Below are positions 37,141 to 48,138 of a stretch of 64,000 nt of DNA, piece after piece. Under the pieces are notes generated by a model that made no database searches, had not been told where the DNA came from, and was given only the letters and a program-made list of their open reading frames with translations. The stretch is from assembly GCA_045613785.1 (NCBI GenBank), contig JAZLBQ010000004.1, positions 1-64,000 on the forward strand, given 5' to 3'. A program made the translations under genes and the position numbers. The stretch comes from Candidatus Enterousia sp. GTDB lineage: Bacteria > Pseudomonadota > Alphaproteobacteria > Rs-D84. Within the stretch, counting starts at the first letter, position 1, and every line of letters begins with the position of its first letter.

Positions 37141-38469
37141 ATGCGTCATCTTACATTTGGTATCTTGTCGGTATGTTTGGTATTGCCGACTGCGGCGAAC
37201 GCACGTTTGCCTGTTGTGAATTTATCATCTGGCGGTGTTTCTGCACGCAGTGCATTTGGCGAAGATTTGTCTCAGCCATTAAAAGCAGCCGTTGCAAAAC
37301 CTGTTGCAACACGCACGCGTTCTATTGTTGCACGTTCTGCCAAGCCGGCTGCACCAGTTGCAAAGGCTGTTGAAAAAACGATTGATTCTGGTGCTGCTAT
37401 TGTTGCTGCGGCTGATGTGTTGACGCCACGTCGTCCCAGTAATGATTTGTGGGCACGCCAGGATTTAGCATTGCGTATGCCTGCACCTGATGAGTTTTCT
37501 GTTATTCGTTCCGATTCTGTTTTGCCCGAAGAAAGTCTAGATGGGCGTATTGCTGTAAACGCATTGCAGGTGCCAAATGTGCCTGTTGCCTCAACAACAA
37601 CTGCCGCAGAGCCTGTATCTGATATTGATGCCCAGATTGCACGCTTGGTTGAAATGCAAAAGCGTGCAAATGACAGTGTTCGCACAGTTTCGAATCGTGT
37701 AATTGCTGCACCAATTGCAAGTATTGATGAAAGTGTTCCAGTTCGCTCAGTTGTTCAACCAGAACCTGTGAAAGTTGCAGCGACTGAATCTGTGTCTGAA
37801 TCGAAATCAAACGAATCTGTATCATTGCGTCGTTTGGTTGTTCCGATGAATGACGATGTTGTTGTGCGTAGTGTTGAAAAAACAACCTCACCTCGTATTG
37901 TTGCTGTTCGTGATGATATGACCAAGATGTCGCCAACCGAACTGCGTAAGGCGTTCCGTAAAACGTTCTTGTCTGAAAACAAACATTTGTCCACATATTC
38001 TGTTGATGACAGTTTTGATGTCGTCAGTGATATGTCATCTGGAATCGAAGGGTTCACAGCCGGCCGTGATTTGTCCGAAGGGTCTGGAATTCGTCCGCTG
38101 GAAATCAAAATCAAGTTCCGTAATGCAGATTCTGCACTTTCGCGTGAAAACTATAATTTGCTGACAGAGTATGCGGGCATTGTTGTAAACAAGCCAACCC
38201 GTGCGATTCAGGTTGCGATTCCGCAGTATATGACCAAAAGCAAGGACGAACGTAAACTGGCGGCACGTCGCTTGGCGATTGTAGAACAGGTTTTGACTGA
38301 TAATGGTGTTTCTCAGCATCGTATTGTTCCGGTTTTATCGGCCCGGGACGAACCTGGCTTTGTGTTGCGTATTATTTCCAGCGACCAGTATGAAACCTTA
38401 ACCCAGCAAAAACGTGATATCTTTGGCGATACATTGGATAAAAAGACCTATAAAAGTATGTCGTGGTAA
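37141..38469 (+). CDS. Exported protein with low-complexity linker and degenerate OmpA-like C-terminal domain
   Basis: Signal peptide ending ANA; IKF...DSALS...NLL and LAARRLAIVEQVL..NGV...RI. Confidence 0.6.
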   Translation: MRHLTFGILSVCLVLPTAANARLPVVNLSSGGVSARSAFGEDLSQPLKAAVAKPVATRTRSIVARSAKPAAPVAKAVEKTIDSGAAIVAAADVLTPRRPSNDLWARQDLALRMPAPDEFSVIRSDSVLPEESLDGRIAVNALQVPNVPVASTTTAAEPVSDIDAQIARLVEMQKRANDSVRTVSNRVIAAPIASIDESVPVRSVVQPEPVKVAATESVSESKSNESVSLRRLVVPMNDDVVVRSVEKTTSPRIVAVRDDMTKMSPTELRKAFRKTFLSENKHLSTYSVDDSFDVVSDMSSGIEGFTAGRDLSEGSGIRPLEIKIKFRNADSALSRENYNLLTEYAGIVVNKPTRAIQVAIPQYMTKSKDERKLAARRLAIVEQVLTDNGVSQHRIVPVLSARDEPGFVLRIISSDQYETLTQQKRDIFGDTLDKKTYKSMSW

Positions 38470-39185
38470 GGTTGTTTTGTAAATTTATTGGATTTTTGTT
38501 CCCGCCGGCGTGTCCATTATGTGATACGCCGGTATCAACACATGGTGAACTGTGCGAAACGTGTTGGACGTCAATAAATTGGATTGATGGCTCGCATTGT
38601 GTTAAATGTGGTTATCCGTTTCTGTGTGATATTGATTTTGATGCGGCACCAATGTGCCCGGTGTGTGCTGTGGGTAAAGGTGAGCTGGATTGGATTCGCT
38701 GTGCGTGTGTTTATGATGATGCGTCCAGGGCGGTGGTTTTGCCGTTTAAACATTGTGGGAAAATAAATCATTACCGTTTTATGTCACGTGCAATGATGTG
38801 GGCGTTGCAAGACGTTGACGTTGATGCTGATATTGTTATGCCTGTGCCGCTGGCGAACCGTCGTTTATTTCATCGTGGTTATAATCAGGCCACATTATTG
38901 GCACGCCCAATTGCCCGTGTGTTGGGTGTGCGTATGGATGTAGATTCTGTTCGTCGAAAATTCAGACCTGATATGGGGCATAAAAATTCTTGTCAACGGT
39001 TTCAAAATATTCACGGAGTCTTTTCAGTTGTTCGTCCAGACAAGATTCGTGGTCGTAAAATTTTATTAGTTGATGACGTTATGACAACTGGTGCAACTTT
39101 TTCAGAATTGCGTCGTGTTTTGATGGCAAACGGTGCAGCTGCAGTATATGGGGTAACATTTTGTCGTGTTGTCCGAACTATATAA
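38463..39185 (+). CDS. comF: ComF family protein (double Zn ribbon plus PRTase)
   Basis: Four CxxC, PVPL...R...RGYNQA and ILLVDDVMTTGAT. Confidence 0.92.
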   Translation: MVRLFCKFIGFLFPPACPLCDTPVSTHGELCETCWTSINWIDGSHCVKCGYPFLCDIDFDAAPMCPVCAVGKGELDWIRCACVYDDASRAVVLPFKHCGKINHYRFMSRAMMWALQDVDVDADIVMPVPLANRRLFHRGYNQATLLARPIARVLGVRMDVDSVRRKFRPDMGHKNSCQRFQNIHGVFSVVRPDKIRGRKILLVDDVMTTGATFSELRRVLMANGAAAVYGVTFCRVVRTI

Positions 39186-39588
39186 CCTTTTGTTTGCTTC
39201 CAGTCAGCAAATTCAACATGTTTTGTTCCATTACATTCATATTTTCTTTTGCGGATTGAATATTTGCTGCTTTTTCACGAGCTTTTGTGTCTCGTAATGC
39301 TTCTTCTCGTTTTATAAGAATTGACAGAATGTCTAATAAATCACGCTTAAGTTTTTGCACGGGTTGCAGTATCTTGGGGTGGCGTTCTGTCTTTGAGATT
39401 TGTGTTTCAAAACTGTAGTTGGCAACGGACAACACATATCGCCCAAGTTCATATCCTTCTGTAAACTGCATCAATAAGGTGTTTTCATTGTTTTTTACAA
39501 AATAATCCGTATATCCCCAATTTCGTCTGGCGACGACATCGTTCATATTGATTGTTCGAATAATGACCGCTTTCAGATAATCGTTCAT
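39178..39588 (-). CDS. Hypothetical protein
   Basis: 136 aa ORF with RBS AAGGA; AT-rich accessory style. Confidence 0.7.
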   Translation of the reverse strand: MNDYLKAVIIRTINMNDVVARRNWGYTDYFVKNNENTLLMQFTEGYELGRYVLSVANYSFETQISKTERHPKILQPVQKLKRDLLDILSILIKREEALRDTKAREKAANIQSAKENMNVMEQNMLNLLTGSKQKVI

Positions 39589-39737
39589 AATTTAAATTCC
39601 TTTGATTTTTTTTATAAAATTTTACTGCAAAAACCTTGTGTGTCAACTATTGCAAATAAAATATTGTAATTCATAAGGCGTTTGTCTAAAATTTAGCTGT
39701 TCCAATATATGTCCAACGAAAGTAAAAAGGAAATATT

Positions 39738-40262
39738 ATGAATATGAAATTTTTTGGTTTTTTTGCGGCGTTGCTTTTGTCATTTGCTGCCAACGCAGCA
39801 ACGCCCTTTGTTGGTCTTTACCAGACGATCGATGATGAAACAAACTATCCTAAATCAATTGTCGCACTGTATGAATACACTGACGAAGAAGATGTAAATT
39901 TAGCGGGGCGTATAGTCGCATTGTATAATACTGATGGCACAATTTCTGAAACATTGGCGAACCCAACACGTATTGCAGACAAGGTTAGTGGCATGCCAAA
40001 GATGGTTGGCTTGGATATAATCTGGGGTATGGAATGGGATAATGACGACGTCAGGTATGAAGATGGTAAAATAATGGATCCAAAATCAGGCAAGGTTTAT
40101 TCGTCTGTTATCTGGCAGGAAACACCTGAAAAATTAAATGTTCGTGGCAAAATAGGTCCGTTTGGTCGCACCCAGAATTGGAATACCTTGGATGCAAATA
40201 AATTGCCGTCTGAATTACAGAATTTGGACACTACAAACTGGAGGCCCGTAATAGAAAAATAA
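39738..40262 (+). CDS. DUF2147 family exported protein
   Basis: Signal peptide; G.YQTIDD, GKIMDPKSGKVY and LNVRGKIGPFGRTQNW. Confidence 0.8.
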   Translation: MNMKFFGFFAALLLSFAANAATPFVGLYQTIDDETNYPKSIVALYEYTDEEDVNLAGRIVALYNTDGTISETLANPTRIADKVSGMPKMVGLDIIWGMEWDNDDVRYEDGKIMDPKSGKVYSSVIWQETPEKLNVRGKIGPFGRTQNWNTLDANKLPSELQNLDTTNWRPVIEK

Positions 40263-40350
40263 ACAACGCCCATTTGGGCGTTTTTCTTGAAATTTGAAAT
40301 AAATCTGATACGATTTCACTCAGATTATATTTTTAGATACAGGACAAAAA

Positions 40351-42756
40351 ATGAACATAGAACTAGGCAAAAACATAAACCCACGTGAAATCGAAACAAA
40401 AATCCAAGAATTTTGGGATAAAAACACATTTTGGAATAACGATGTAAAATCGGACAAGCCTGCATTTTGTATTATGATGCCGCCGCCAAATGTGACAGGG
40501 TCTTTGCATATGGGGCATGCGATGAATAATGTTTTAACAGATATTATTTGTCGTTATAAACGTATGTCTGGTTTTGATGTTTTGTGGCAGCCTGGCACAG
40601 ACCATGCATCAATTGCGACCCAGTTGTTGGTTGAACGTGATTTGTCAAAGCGTGGTATAAATCCGCACTCGTTGTCTTTGCAAGAAAAATTAGATTGTGC
40701 TTGGGCGTGGAAGGCTGACAAGGGCGGTCAAATTATGAATCAGTTGCACATATTGGGTGTAACGCCTGTTTGGAATCGTGAACGTTTTACGATGGACGAA
40801 GGTTTGTCTAGTGCTGTTACAAAACTGTTTGTAAAAATGTATAACGAAGGCCTGATTTATCGTGAAAAGCGTCTTGTAAACTGGTGTCCTAAACAACAGA
40901 CATCTGTATCGGATTTAGAGGTTGAAACCCGTGACGAAAAGGGTAAATTCTATTACTTTAATTACAATCTGGTAGATGGTGGTGTGATTGAAATTGCGAC
41001 AACACGTCCTGAAACATTATTTGGCGACCAGGCGATTGCTGTTCATCCAGAAAACGAGAAGTTAAAACACCTGATTGGCAAGAAGGCAATCATTCCATTG
41101 ACTGATATCCAGATTTCAATTATCGGCGATGAACATGCTGATCCTGAAAAGGGAACTGGGGCCGTAAAAATTACGCCTGCCCATGACTTTGACGACTGGG
41201 AGGTTGGCGTTCGTCATAACTTGACACCTGTATGTATTTTGACTCCAGATGCCAAAATGAACGACAATCCTGTTGTTCCTGAAAAATATCGTGGTCTGGA
41301 CAGATACAAGGCTCGTGAATCCATCGTGGCTGATATCGAAGCAGCAGGTTTGTTGGTAAAAATCGAAGATAAAATTATTCCAACACCGTATTCTGAACGT
41401 GGTCAAGTTCCTGTTGAACCGTATCTGACAGACCAGTGGTTTGTGGACGCAGAAAAACTGGCGATTCCTGCGATAAAGGCCGTAGAAGAAGGCAAAATCA
41501 AATTCTTGCCAGAACATCGTTATAACTTGTTCATGGCCTGGATGAAGGGAATTCGTCCTTGGACAATTTCACGTCAGTTGTGGTGGGGGCATCATATTCC
41601 TGCCTGGTATGACGCAGAAGGCAAGGTTTATGTTGCTGAAACCGAAGAAGAGGCAATCAAACAATCTGGTGGCAAAACATTGACACGTGATCCAGACGTT
41701 TTGGACACTTGGTTTTCATCTGGCTTGTGGCCATTTTCGACCTTAGGCTGGCCAAATGATACTTTGGAATTGAAAAAGTATTATCCGACAGATTTGTTAT
41801 ACACAGCCGCAGACATTATTTTCTTCTGGGTTGCACGTATGGTTATGATGGGGATTTATGTAATGGGCGACGTTCCGTTCCGGACAGTGAATTTCCATGG
41901 TCTTATTCGTGATGCCAAGGGGCAAAAGATGTCTAAAACCAAAGGCAATGGCACAGATCCATTGACTGCTGTTGATAAATTTGGCGTAGATGCGTTGCGT
42001 TATTGGATTTCGACTGCACCGATTGGCACAGATATTCGTTATTCTGATGACGAAGTAAAACGCGGATCAAAACTGCTGACAAAATTGTGGAATGCATCAA
42101 AATATACATTGATGAACCTGTCTGATTTTGAACCTGCAACAGCACGCCAGATTCCGGTTAGTGAACGTTTTATCGAAGACAGATGGGTTTTGGCTGAATT
42201 GAACAAAACAATCGCAGAAACTCGCAAGCATTTGGATAAATATGACAACTATAATTCACGTGCAGCGATTGATACGTTCTTTTGGGATATCTTCTGTGAT
42301 CAGTATTTGGAATTTATCAAAGACCGTTTTTGGGCACCTGAAAAATATAGTAGCGAATCAAAACTATCAGCCCAGTGGACATTGTATACGGTTTTACGTA
42401 ATATAATTGGCTTGTATGCACCATTTATTCCGTTTACAACCGAAGAACTGTGGCAGAAAATTTATCGTGACACCGAAGGTGGCGAAACCCTGCATTTAAC
42501 AGAATATCCAACAGTGAAATCTGAATATGAAACAGATGTTTCTATGATGAATGTTGCATTGGATATTTTGAAAAACGTTCGTGGTCTTCGCACAGAGCGT
42601 AAGGTAGGCAACGGTGCAAAATTGGAAACTTTGACAATTCCTGCGAATACGCCAGAAGTTCTGCATGGCTTGATAAAGTCTGCCTCACGTGCAAAAGAAA
42701 TTGTTTTGGGCGATGGAATCGATTTTGTTGTCCAGCAAAATGTTCAGGGGCAGTAA
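40351..42756 (+). CDS. valS: Valine--tRNA ligase (no C-terminal coiled coil)
   Basis: PPPNVTGSLHMGH, ATTRPET, GTGAVKITPAHD, ISRQLWWGH, DVLDTWFSS and KMSKT. Confidence 0.97.
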   Translation: MNIELGKNINPREIETKIQEFWDKNTFWNNDVKSDKPAFCIMMPPPNVTGSLHMGHAMNNVLTDIICRYKRMSGFDVLWQPGTDHASIATQLLVERDLSKRGINPHSLSLQEKLDCAWAWKADKGGQIMNQLHILGVTPVWNRERFTMDEGLSSAVTKLFVKMYNEGLIYREKRLVNWCPKQQTSVSDLEVETRDEKGKFYYFNYNLVDGGVIEIATTRPETLFGDQAIAVHPENEKLKHLIGKKAIIPLTDIQISIIGDEHADPEKGTGAVKITPAHDFDDWEVGVRHNLTPVCILTPDAKMNDNPVVPEKYRGLDRYKARESIVADIEAAGLLVKIEDKIIPTPYSERGQVPVEPYLTDQWFVDAEKLAIPAIKAVEEGKIKFLPEHRYNLFMAWMKGIRPWTISRQLWWGHHIPAWYDAEGKVYVAETEEEAIKQSGGKTLTRDPDVLDTWFSSGLWPFSTLGWPNDTLELKKYYPTDLLYTAADIIFFWVARMVMMGIYVMGDVPFRTVNFHGLIRDAKGQKMSKTKGNGTDPLTAVDKFGVDALRYWISTAPIGTDIRYSDDEVKRGSKLLTKLWNASKYTLMNLSDFEPATARQIPVSERFIEDRWVLAELNKTIAETRKHLDKYDNYNSRAAIDTFFWDIFCDQYLEFIKDRFWAPEKYSSESKLSAQWTLYTVLRNIIGLYAPFIPFTTEELWQKIYRDTEGGETLHLTEYPTVKSEYETDVSMMNVALDILKNVRGLRTERKVGNGAKLETLTIPANTPEVLHGLIKSASRAKEIVLGDGIDFVVQQNVQGQ

Positions 42757-43485
42757 ATGTCAGATAAATTGATAGAGCGTCGTGTTCTTCAAGCGTATCA
42801 GTGTGACCGCTTTGGAAATGTTCGTCCGTTGATATTGATGAACGAATTACAGTCCATTGCGGACAGGCACGCTGAAATCTTGGGGTGTGGTCGCACATAT
42901 TGTCTAGAGAACGGGCTGGGCTGGGTTGTGACCTATTACCTGGTCGATATCATAGAATTGCCAACCGAAGGCGAAGAGTTGACTTTTTCCACCTGGCCAT
43001 CATGCCAAGACGCATTGCGTGCAACACGTGATTTTGAAATTCATGGGGCGGATGGTCGTTTGATGGTTCGTGCGACTTCTCAGTGGATTTTGATTGATAT
43101 CGAACGTCGTCGTCCGTTGCCGCTGGCAAAGCATTTATCTCCAGATGTTGTTGTTCCAACCCGTGCATATGGTTGTGCATTTGAAAAGTTTTCAGACTTT
43201 GAAACGACCAAGACGCATGTTATGAAATGTCGATTTGATGATATTGATGTGAATCAGCATATAAACAATGCTGTGTATGCTGTCTGGGCAACAGAAAGTG
43301 TTGGTTATGTTTATCGCACAAATCATAAATTGAAAAAGATAGACATAAATTTCAAAAAAGAGATAAATCCAGATACTCCTGAAATTTGTATTGATGTTGC
43401 GATTGAAGGTCTGGTATCACGTCATAAAATCAGAACTGGCGAAACAGAACATGCTGTTGTGATTTGTCATTGGGAAGAAATATAA
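42757..43485 (+). CDS. Acyl-ACP thioesterase (double hotdog)
   Basis: ATSQWILID...RRP and RFDDIDVNQHINNAVY. Confidence 0.88.
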   Translation: MSDKLIERRVLQAYQCDRFGNVRPLILMNELQSIADRHAEILGCGRTYCLENGLGWVVTYYLVDIIELPTEGEELTFSTWPSCQDALRATRDFEIHGADGRLMVRATSQWILIDIERRRPLPLAKHLSPDVVVPTRAYGCAFEKFSDFETTKTHVMKCRFDDIDVNQHINNAVYAVWATESVGYVYRTNHKLKKIDINFKKEINPDTPEICIDVAIEGLVSRHKIRTGETEHAVVICHWEEI

Positions 43486-43501
43486 GTGATAAATATAATT
43501 G

Positions 43502-43529
43502 AAAAAAACCGCCAATCGGCGGTTTTTTT
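43502..43529. terminator. Bidirectional terminator
   Basis: AAAAAAACCGCC-AATC-GGCGGTTTTTTT. Confidence 0.9.
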
Positions 43530-43546
43530 AATAACCTGTGTGCATC

Positions 43547-43699
43547 TTAGTTTGCAGCATTTACTGCCAAACGTTTACGACCTGCTGCACGACGACGGTT
43601 CAGAACATCACGACCGCCTGCAGTTGCCATTCTTGCACGAAAACCGTGTGTACGAACACGACGTGTTTTAGATGGTTGATAAGTGCGTTTTGTTGCCAT
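43547..43699 (-). CDS. rpmH: 50S ribosomal protein L34 (absent from ORF track)
   Basis: Translated by hand: [50 protein letters not shown]; RBS AAGGA. Confidence 0.97.
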   Translation of the reverse strand: MATKRTYQPSKTRRVRTHGFRARMATAGGRDVLNRRRAAGRKRLAVNAAN

Positions 43700-43827
43700 A
43701 ACTTAAATCCTTGGTTCTTTTTCTTTCTTTTTTGTGTTCCAGTGTGCACCGAGCAGCATCATCAACACCCTGGAAAAATCCGTTTGTGCCTATATTTAAC
43801 CATACGTTTTATAAAAACGCAACCTTT

Positions 43828-43923
43828 TTATTTAGATTTTATCAATCCAAATTTTTTCAGGGCTTCCAACGTCAAATAGTATATAAACAGGCCGGTAAAC
43901 AGTTTATAAAAAGGTAAAAACAT
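43828..43923 (-). CDS. 31-aa hydrophobic small protein
   Basis: MFLPFYKLFTGLFIYYLTLEALKKFGLIKSK; RBS AAGGA 9 nt upstream. Confidence 0.45.
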   Translation of the reverse strand: MFLPFYKLFTGLFIYYLTLEALKKFGLIKSK

Positions 43924-43943
43924 AATTGTGTTCCTTGTCTTGT

Positions 43944-44114
43944 TTACTTTGTTTTTTGTTTTATTGACCGAATCAGATTGTTGGCAGCTTCAATTGCATC
44001 AATCATTCTGTCTAATATCCAGATTTGGCATGTTAGTTGTGCGTTTTTTTGAGAGTTTTTCATATCCTGAACAAACTGTCTTACTTCAATTAAATCTTGT
44101 CTAAATTTTCCCAT
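43944..44114 (-). CDS. 56-aa hypothetical protein
   Basis: [56 protein letters not shown]; TTGACA..TGATATCCT promoter upstream. Confidence 0.55.
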   Translation of the reverse strand: MGKFRQDLIEVRQFVQDMKNSQKNAQLTCQIWILDRMIDAIEAANNLIRSIKQKTK

Positions 44115-44260
44115 TTTGTTTTGTCTTTTCTAATAAATTTATCCTGAAACAGGATATCACAAACCTGTGTTTTGTCAATCTATTTTTTGGGCTTTATTTC
44201 TTGACCAAAAGCCCTAAAATCTGCTATGTTTTGTATGCTATAAACATAGGAAAGGTAAGT

Positions 44261-47014
44261 ATGTCAGAAAACATCAATGAAGTAAACGAAACACGTGTTC
44301 CACAGTCGTCTTTGGAACACGAAATGCGGACCAGTTTTTTAGACTATGCGATGTCGGTTATTGTTGACCGTGCGTTGCCTGATGTCCGTGACGGATGTAA
44401 GCCTGTGCATCGTCGAATTTTGTATGTTATGAACGATGTTGCACCTGCGACCAAGCCAACGGTAAAGTCTGCACGTATTGTCGGTGATGTGATGGGTAAA
44501 TATCACCCACACGGTGACAGTTCGATTTACGAAGCAATGGTTCGTATGGGGCAAGACTTTTCGATGGGCGAAATGCTTGTCCAAGGACAGGGTAATTTTG
44601 GTTCTCGTGACGGGGACAAGGCTGCGGCTATGCGTTATACTGAGGCACGCCTTTCAAAACTGGGTGCATCGCTTATGGACGATATGGACAAAGACACTGT
44701 TGACTGGCAGCCGAACTTTGATGGCTCTTTACAAGAACCAGTTGTCTTGCCTGCTAAATTTCCAAATTTCTTGGTAAATGGTGGATCTGGTATTGCTGTT
44801 GGTATGGCGACTAACGTTCCGACATATAACCTGGGTGAAATCTGCAATGGTATTTTGGCTGTTCTAGATAATCGCAATTTAACAGACGATGAATTGTTTG
44901 CCATTATCCCTGGGCCTGATTTCCCGACAGGTGCGATGATTATGGGGCACGCCGGTGCATACAAGGCACACACTACAGGTCGTGGTTCAATTATTATTCG
45001 TTCAAAAACTCATATCGAAGACTTTCGTGATCATCAGGCAATTATTGTTGATGAAATCCCATATCAGGTCAACAAGGCACAAATGATTATCAAAATTGCC
45101 GAACTGATAAAGGACAAAAGAATCGAAGGCATTTCTGAAATTCGTGACGAATCGTCCAAAGAGGGCTTGCGTATAGTTATTGAATTAAAGCGTGATGCGA
45201 TTGCGGACGTTGTCTTGAATCACTTGTTCCAATACACGGAAATGCAGACAAATTTCCCAGTCAACATGATGGCGTTGAATCGTGGTCGTCCAATGTTGTT
45301 CAATGTCCGTGGTGTTTTGGATGCCTTTATTGACTTCCGGGCAGAAGTTATACGTCGTCGCACAATCTTTGACTTGAACAAGGCACGTAATCGTGCACAC
45401 ACATTGTTGGGTTTGTCTGTTGCGGTTGGAAACTTGGACGAAGTCATTGAATTGATTAAATCCAGTGCTAATCCAGAGGCTGCCCGTGAAGCTTTGATTT
45501 CACGTGGTTGGCGTGCATCAGATATTGAATCTTATATTCAGTTGATTGATGATCCGAACACAGAATACAAAGATGGTATGTTCTATATGTCCGAAGACCA
45601 GGCACGTGCAATACTTGAATTGCAGTTGCATCGTTTGACAGGTCTGGAACGTGATAAAATTCACGACGATTTAACAAATCTGGGTGCGGTTATTCGTGAT
45701 TTGTTAGAAATTTTGGGCAGTCATGAACGTATTATTCAGATTATTCGTGAAGAAACAATTGCTGTCCGAGATAATTGGGCATCGCCTCGTCGCACAGAAA
45801 TTTCAGATGCAGAAATCGATATTGATATCGAAGATTTAATTGCTCGTGAAGATATGGTTGTAACAGTATCTAATACAGGTTATATCAAACGTGTTGCACT
45901 GGATACCTATCGTGCCCAGAAGCGTGGTGGCAAGGGACGTAATGCAATGGCAACCAAAGACGACGATTATGTTGTTCAAGTGTTTGTTGCAAATACCCAC
46001 ACACCATTGTTGTTCTTTAGCTCTTTGGGCTTGTGTTATAAATTAAAGACCTATAAATTACCAGAAGCAACGGCTGCTGCCAAGGGGCGTCCATTGGTAA
46101 ACTTATTACCATTGCAACCTGGTGAAACGATTACTGCAATCCTGCCTGTATCTGAAGAGGACGCAGCCCGTGCAGCAGAGTCTGGCAAAGAACATTTCTT
46201 GATGTTTGCAACAGCGTCTGGCACAGTCCGTCGCAACCGTATGTCGGATTTTGACTCAATTCGTGCCAACGGCAAGATAGCGATGAAACTGGACGAAGGC
46301 GACAGTCTGATTTCTGTATTGCCATGCACCGAAGACCAAGATGTATTCTTGGCAACATATCGTGGCCGCAGTATCCGATTCCCAGTTCCTGAAATCCGTA
46401 TTTTTGCAGGCCGCAACTCGACAGGTGTTCGTGGTATAACATTGGGCAAAGATGATCGTATCATCGGTATGGCAATGCTGAACCGTGGCGAAGCCGACAG
46501 TGCTGTTCGTGCGGCGTATATCAAGCAATCACGTGCTGCCCGTCGTGCAGAAACAGGAATCGAAGAAGAAGCAGACGCTGACGAAGAAACAACGACATTA
46601 GTCTTAGATGATGCCAAGATGGCTCAGATGGCTGCGAACGAAGAATTCATTTTAACTATTTCAGAAAATGGATTTGGTAAACGCACCAGTTCGTATGAAT
46701 ATCGTCTGACACACCGTGGCGGTGGCGGATTTACGAATATCAAACTGGGTGGCAAGAATACTGCTGTTGCAGGATCTTTCCCTGTTGCTGATGATCACGA
46801 TATCATTATGGTAACAGATGGTGGCAAGATTATCCGCACACCTGTCCGTGATGTTCGTATTGCAGGTCGTTCGACTGCTGGCGTAACACTGTTCCGCACG
46901 GCTGAAAACGAACGTGTTGTATCTGCGATTTCAATCGAAGGTTCTTCTGATGAAGAATCAGAAACCGCATCAGAAAGCGAAACAGTGGTTGAAGCTCAGG
47001 AAACAGCAGAATAA
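44261..47014 (+). CDS. gyrA: DNA gyrase subunit A
   Basis: [33 protein letters not shown] and GyrA-box QKRGGKG. Confidence 0.98.
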   Translation: MSENINEVNETRVPQSSLEHEMRTSFLDYAMSVIVDRALPDVRDGCKPVHRRILYVMNDVAPATKPTVKSARIVGDVMGKYHPHGDSSIYEAMVRMGQDFSMGEMLVQGQGNFGSRDGDKAAAMRYTEARLSKLGASLMDDMDKDTVDWQPNFDGSLQEPVVLPAKFPNFLVNGGSGIAVGMATNVPTYNLGEICNGILAVLDNRNLTDDELFAIIPGPDFPTGAMIMGHAGAYKAHTTGRGSIIIRSKTHIEDFRDHQAIIVDEIPYQVNKAQMIIKIAELIKDKRIEGISEIRDESSKEGLRIVIELKRDAIADVVLNHLFQYTEMQTNFPVNMMALNRGRPMLFNVRGVLDAFIDFRAEVIRRRTIFDLNKARNRAHTLLGLSVAVGNLDEVIELIKSSANPEAAREALISRGWRASDIESYIQLIDDPNTEYKDGMFYMSEDQARAILELQLHRLTGLERDKIHDDLTNLGAVIRDLLEILGSHERIIQIIREETIAVRDNWASPRRTEISDAEIDIDIEDLIAREDMVVTVSNTGYIKRVALDTYRAQKRGGKGRNAMATKDDDYVVQVFVANTHTPLLFFSSLGLCYKLKTYKLPEATAAAKGRPLVNLLPLQPGETITAILPVSEEDAARAAESGKEHFLMFATASGTVRRNRMSDFDSIRANGKIAMKLDEGDSLISVLPCTEDQDVFLATYRGRSIRFPVPEIRIFAGRNSTGVRGITLGKDDRIIGMAMLNRGEADSAVRAAYIKQSRAARRAETGIEEEADADEETTTLVLDDAKMAQMAANEEFILTISENGFGKRTSSYEYRLTHRGGGGFTNIKLGGKNTAVAGSFPVADDHDIIMVTDGGKIIRTPVRDVRIAGRSTAGVTLFRTAENERVVSAISIEGSSDEESETASESETVVEAQETAE

Positions 47015-47033
47015 TTAGACAAGGGGTGCCGGT

Positions 47034-47414
47034 ATGGAAAACACAAATGAATACTTTGCGTCGATAAATGAAGTTTCAAAACGGTTAAACGTTCCGGCAC
47101 ATACCTTGCGTTATTGGGAAAAGCAATTTCCTGTTGCGATACGTCCAACCACAGGGGCGGGTGGCCGTCGTTATTATCGCACAGAAACGGTTGCTCGATT
47201 GGTTGTTATTCGTGATTTGTTATATACGCACGGAATGACAATTGCAGGGGTAAAAAAATTACTGCGTGATGGTAATTTGCCAACGTCTGCTGATGAATTG
47301 CTTGCATCTGTCCCGACGGCTGTATCACCTGCGGAAACGGCATCAACAGTGAATTCTGCTGATTTAGATTTAGCAATTAAATTACTTGAAAATGCAAAAT
47401 CATTATTACAATAA
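47034..47414 (+). CDS. MerR family HTH transcriptional regulator
   Basis: SINEVS..L.VPAHTLRYWE..F, GGRRYY and GMTIAGVKK. Confidence 0.88.
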   Translation: MENTNEYFASINEVSKRLNVPAHTLRYWEKQFPVAIRPTTGAGGRRYYRTETVARLVVIRDLLYTHGMTIAGVKKLLRDGNLPTSADELLASVPTAVSPAETASTVNSADLDLAIKLLENAKSLLQ

Positions 47415-47441
47415 AACCGCCCGAATATCGGGCGTTTTTTT
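47413..47441. terminator. Bidirectional terminator
   Basis: CGCCCGA-ATA-TCGGGCG-TTTTTTT. Confidence 0.85.
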
Positions 47442-48138
47442 ATCTGTGTCTATGTGAGATAATTTGATTCTTTTTATTTAATAGTGAATCAATCTGTTCG
47501 TATTGGTGACGTACTTGTGCATTTGTTGCACTGTCAAAGTAAGAAAGAATATTTTTTTGAATAATTGCTGGTTGTGGCAGATAATCAAACTGTGCTTGTA
47601 GTTGATTTATGTTGCGACAATTTTTTTTGTATTTTTCATGAATTTTTTTTATCGCGTCATCATGAAAAAACGTGTAAAAAACACTATCGTTATTTTGTAT
47701 GCGATTGATGTATGGGTATTCACGTAGTGCATATTTGTATGCTTTGGTGATTTGGTATTTATTATTTGTGTTCAGATTGTTCAACTTTTTTTGTATTTCG
47801 CTACGCAGAACAACAAGGTCGTTATTCGCAAAAGAATCCAATGCTCGTTCACGCCAATCACATTGCAGACTATCAATAATCCAATACACGGAATCGATTT
47901 TGTTGTCAGTTTCTTGGATTAAAGAATCTTTTACTGCTTTTTCTTGTTCGATTTTCTGGATTCTGTCTAGTTGTTGCTGACGTAAAAGTTTTTTTCTTTG
48001 TTCAAGTATTGATTGTGATTTTTGTTTTTCTTGTTGTATTTTTGTTTGTTCTTTTGTCTGATAAGCACCAACTAGCACAGTGACACAGAACAAGAGTGCG
48101 CAAAAGATGATGTCAAAATTTGTATTTTTGTTTTTCAT
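47440..48138 (-). CDS. Hypothetical membrane-anchored coiled-coil protein
   Basis: N-terminal TM segment and Q/K/E-rich heptads; very AT-rich. Confidence 0.7.
   Translation of the reverse strand: MKNKNTNFDIIFCALLFCVTVLVGAYQTKEQTKIQQEKQKSQSILEQRKKLLRQQQLDRIQKIEQEKAVKDSLIQETDNKIDSVYWIIDSLQCDWRERALDSFANNDLVVLRSEIQKKLNNLNTNNKYQITKAYKYALREYPYINRIQNNDSVFYTFFHDDAIKKIHEKYKKNCRNINQLQAQFDYLPQPAIIQKNILSYFDSATNAQVRHQYEQIDSLLNKKNQIISHRHR

Noticed and set aside
43700-44260. Replication origin near rpmH/gyrA
   Set aside because: No cluster of TTATCCACA DnaA boxes, and small ORFs fill the gap.
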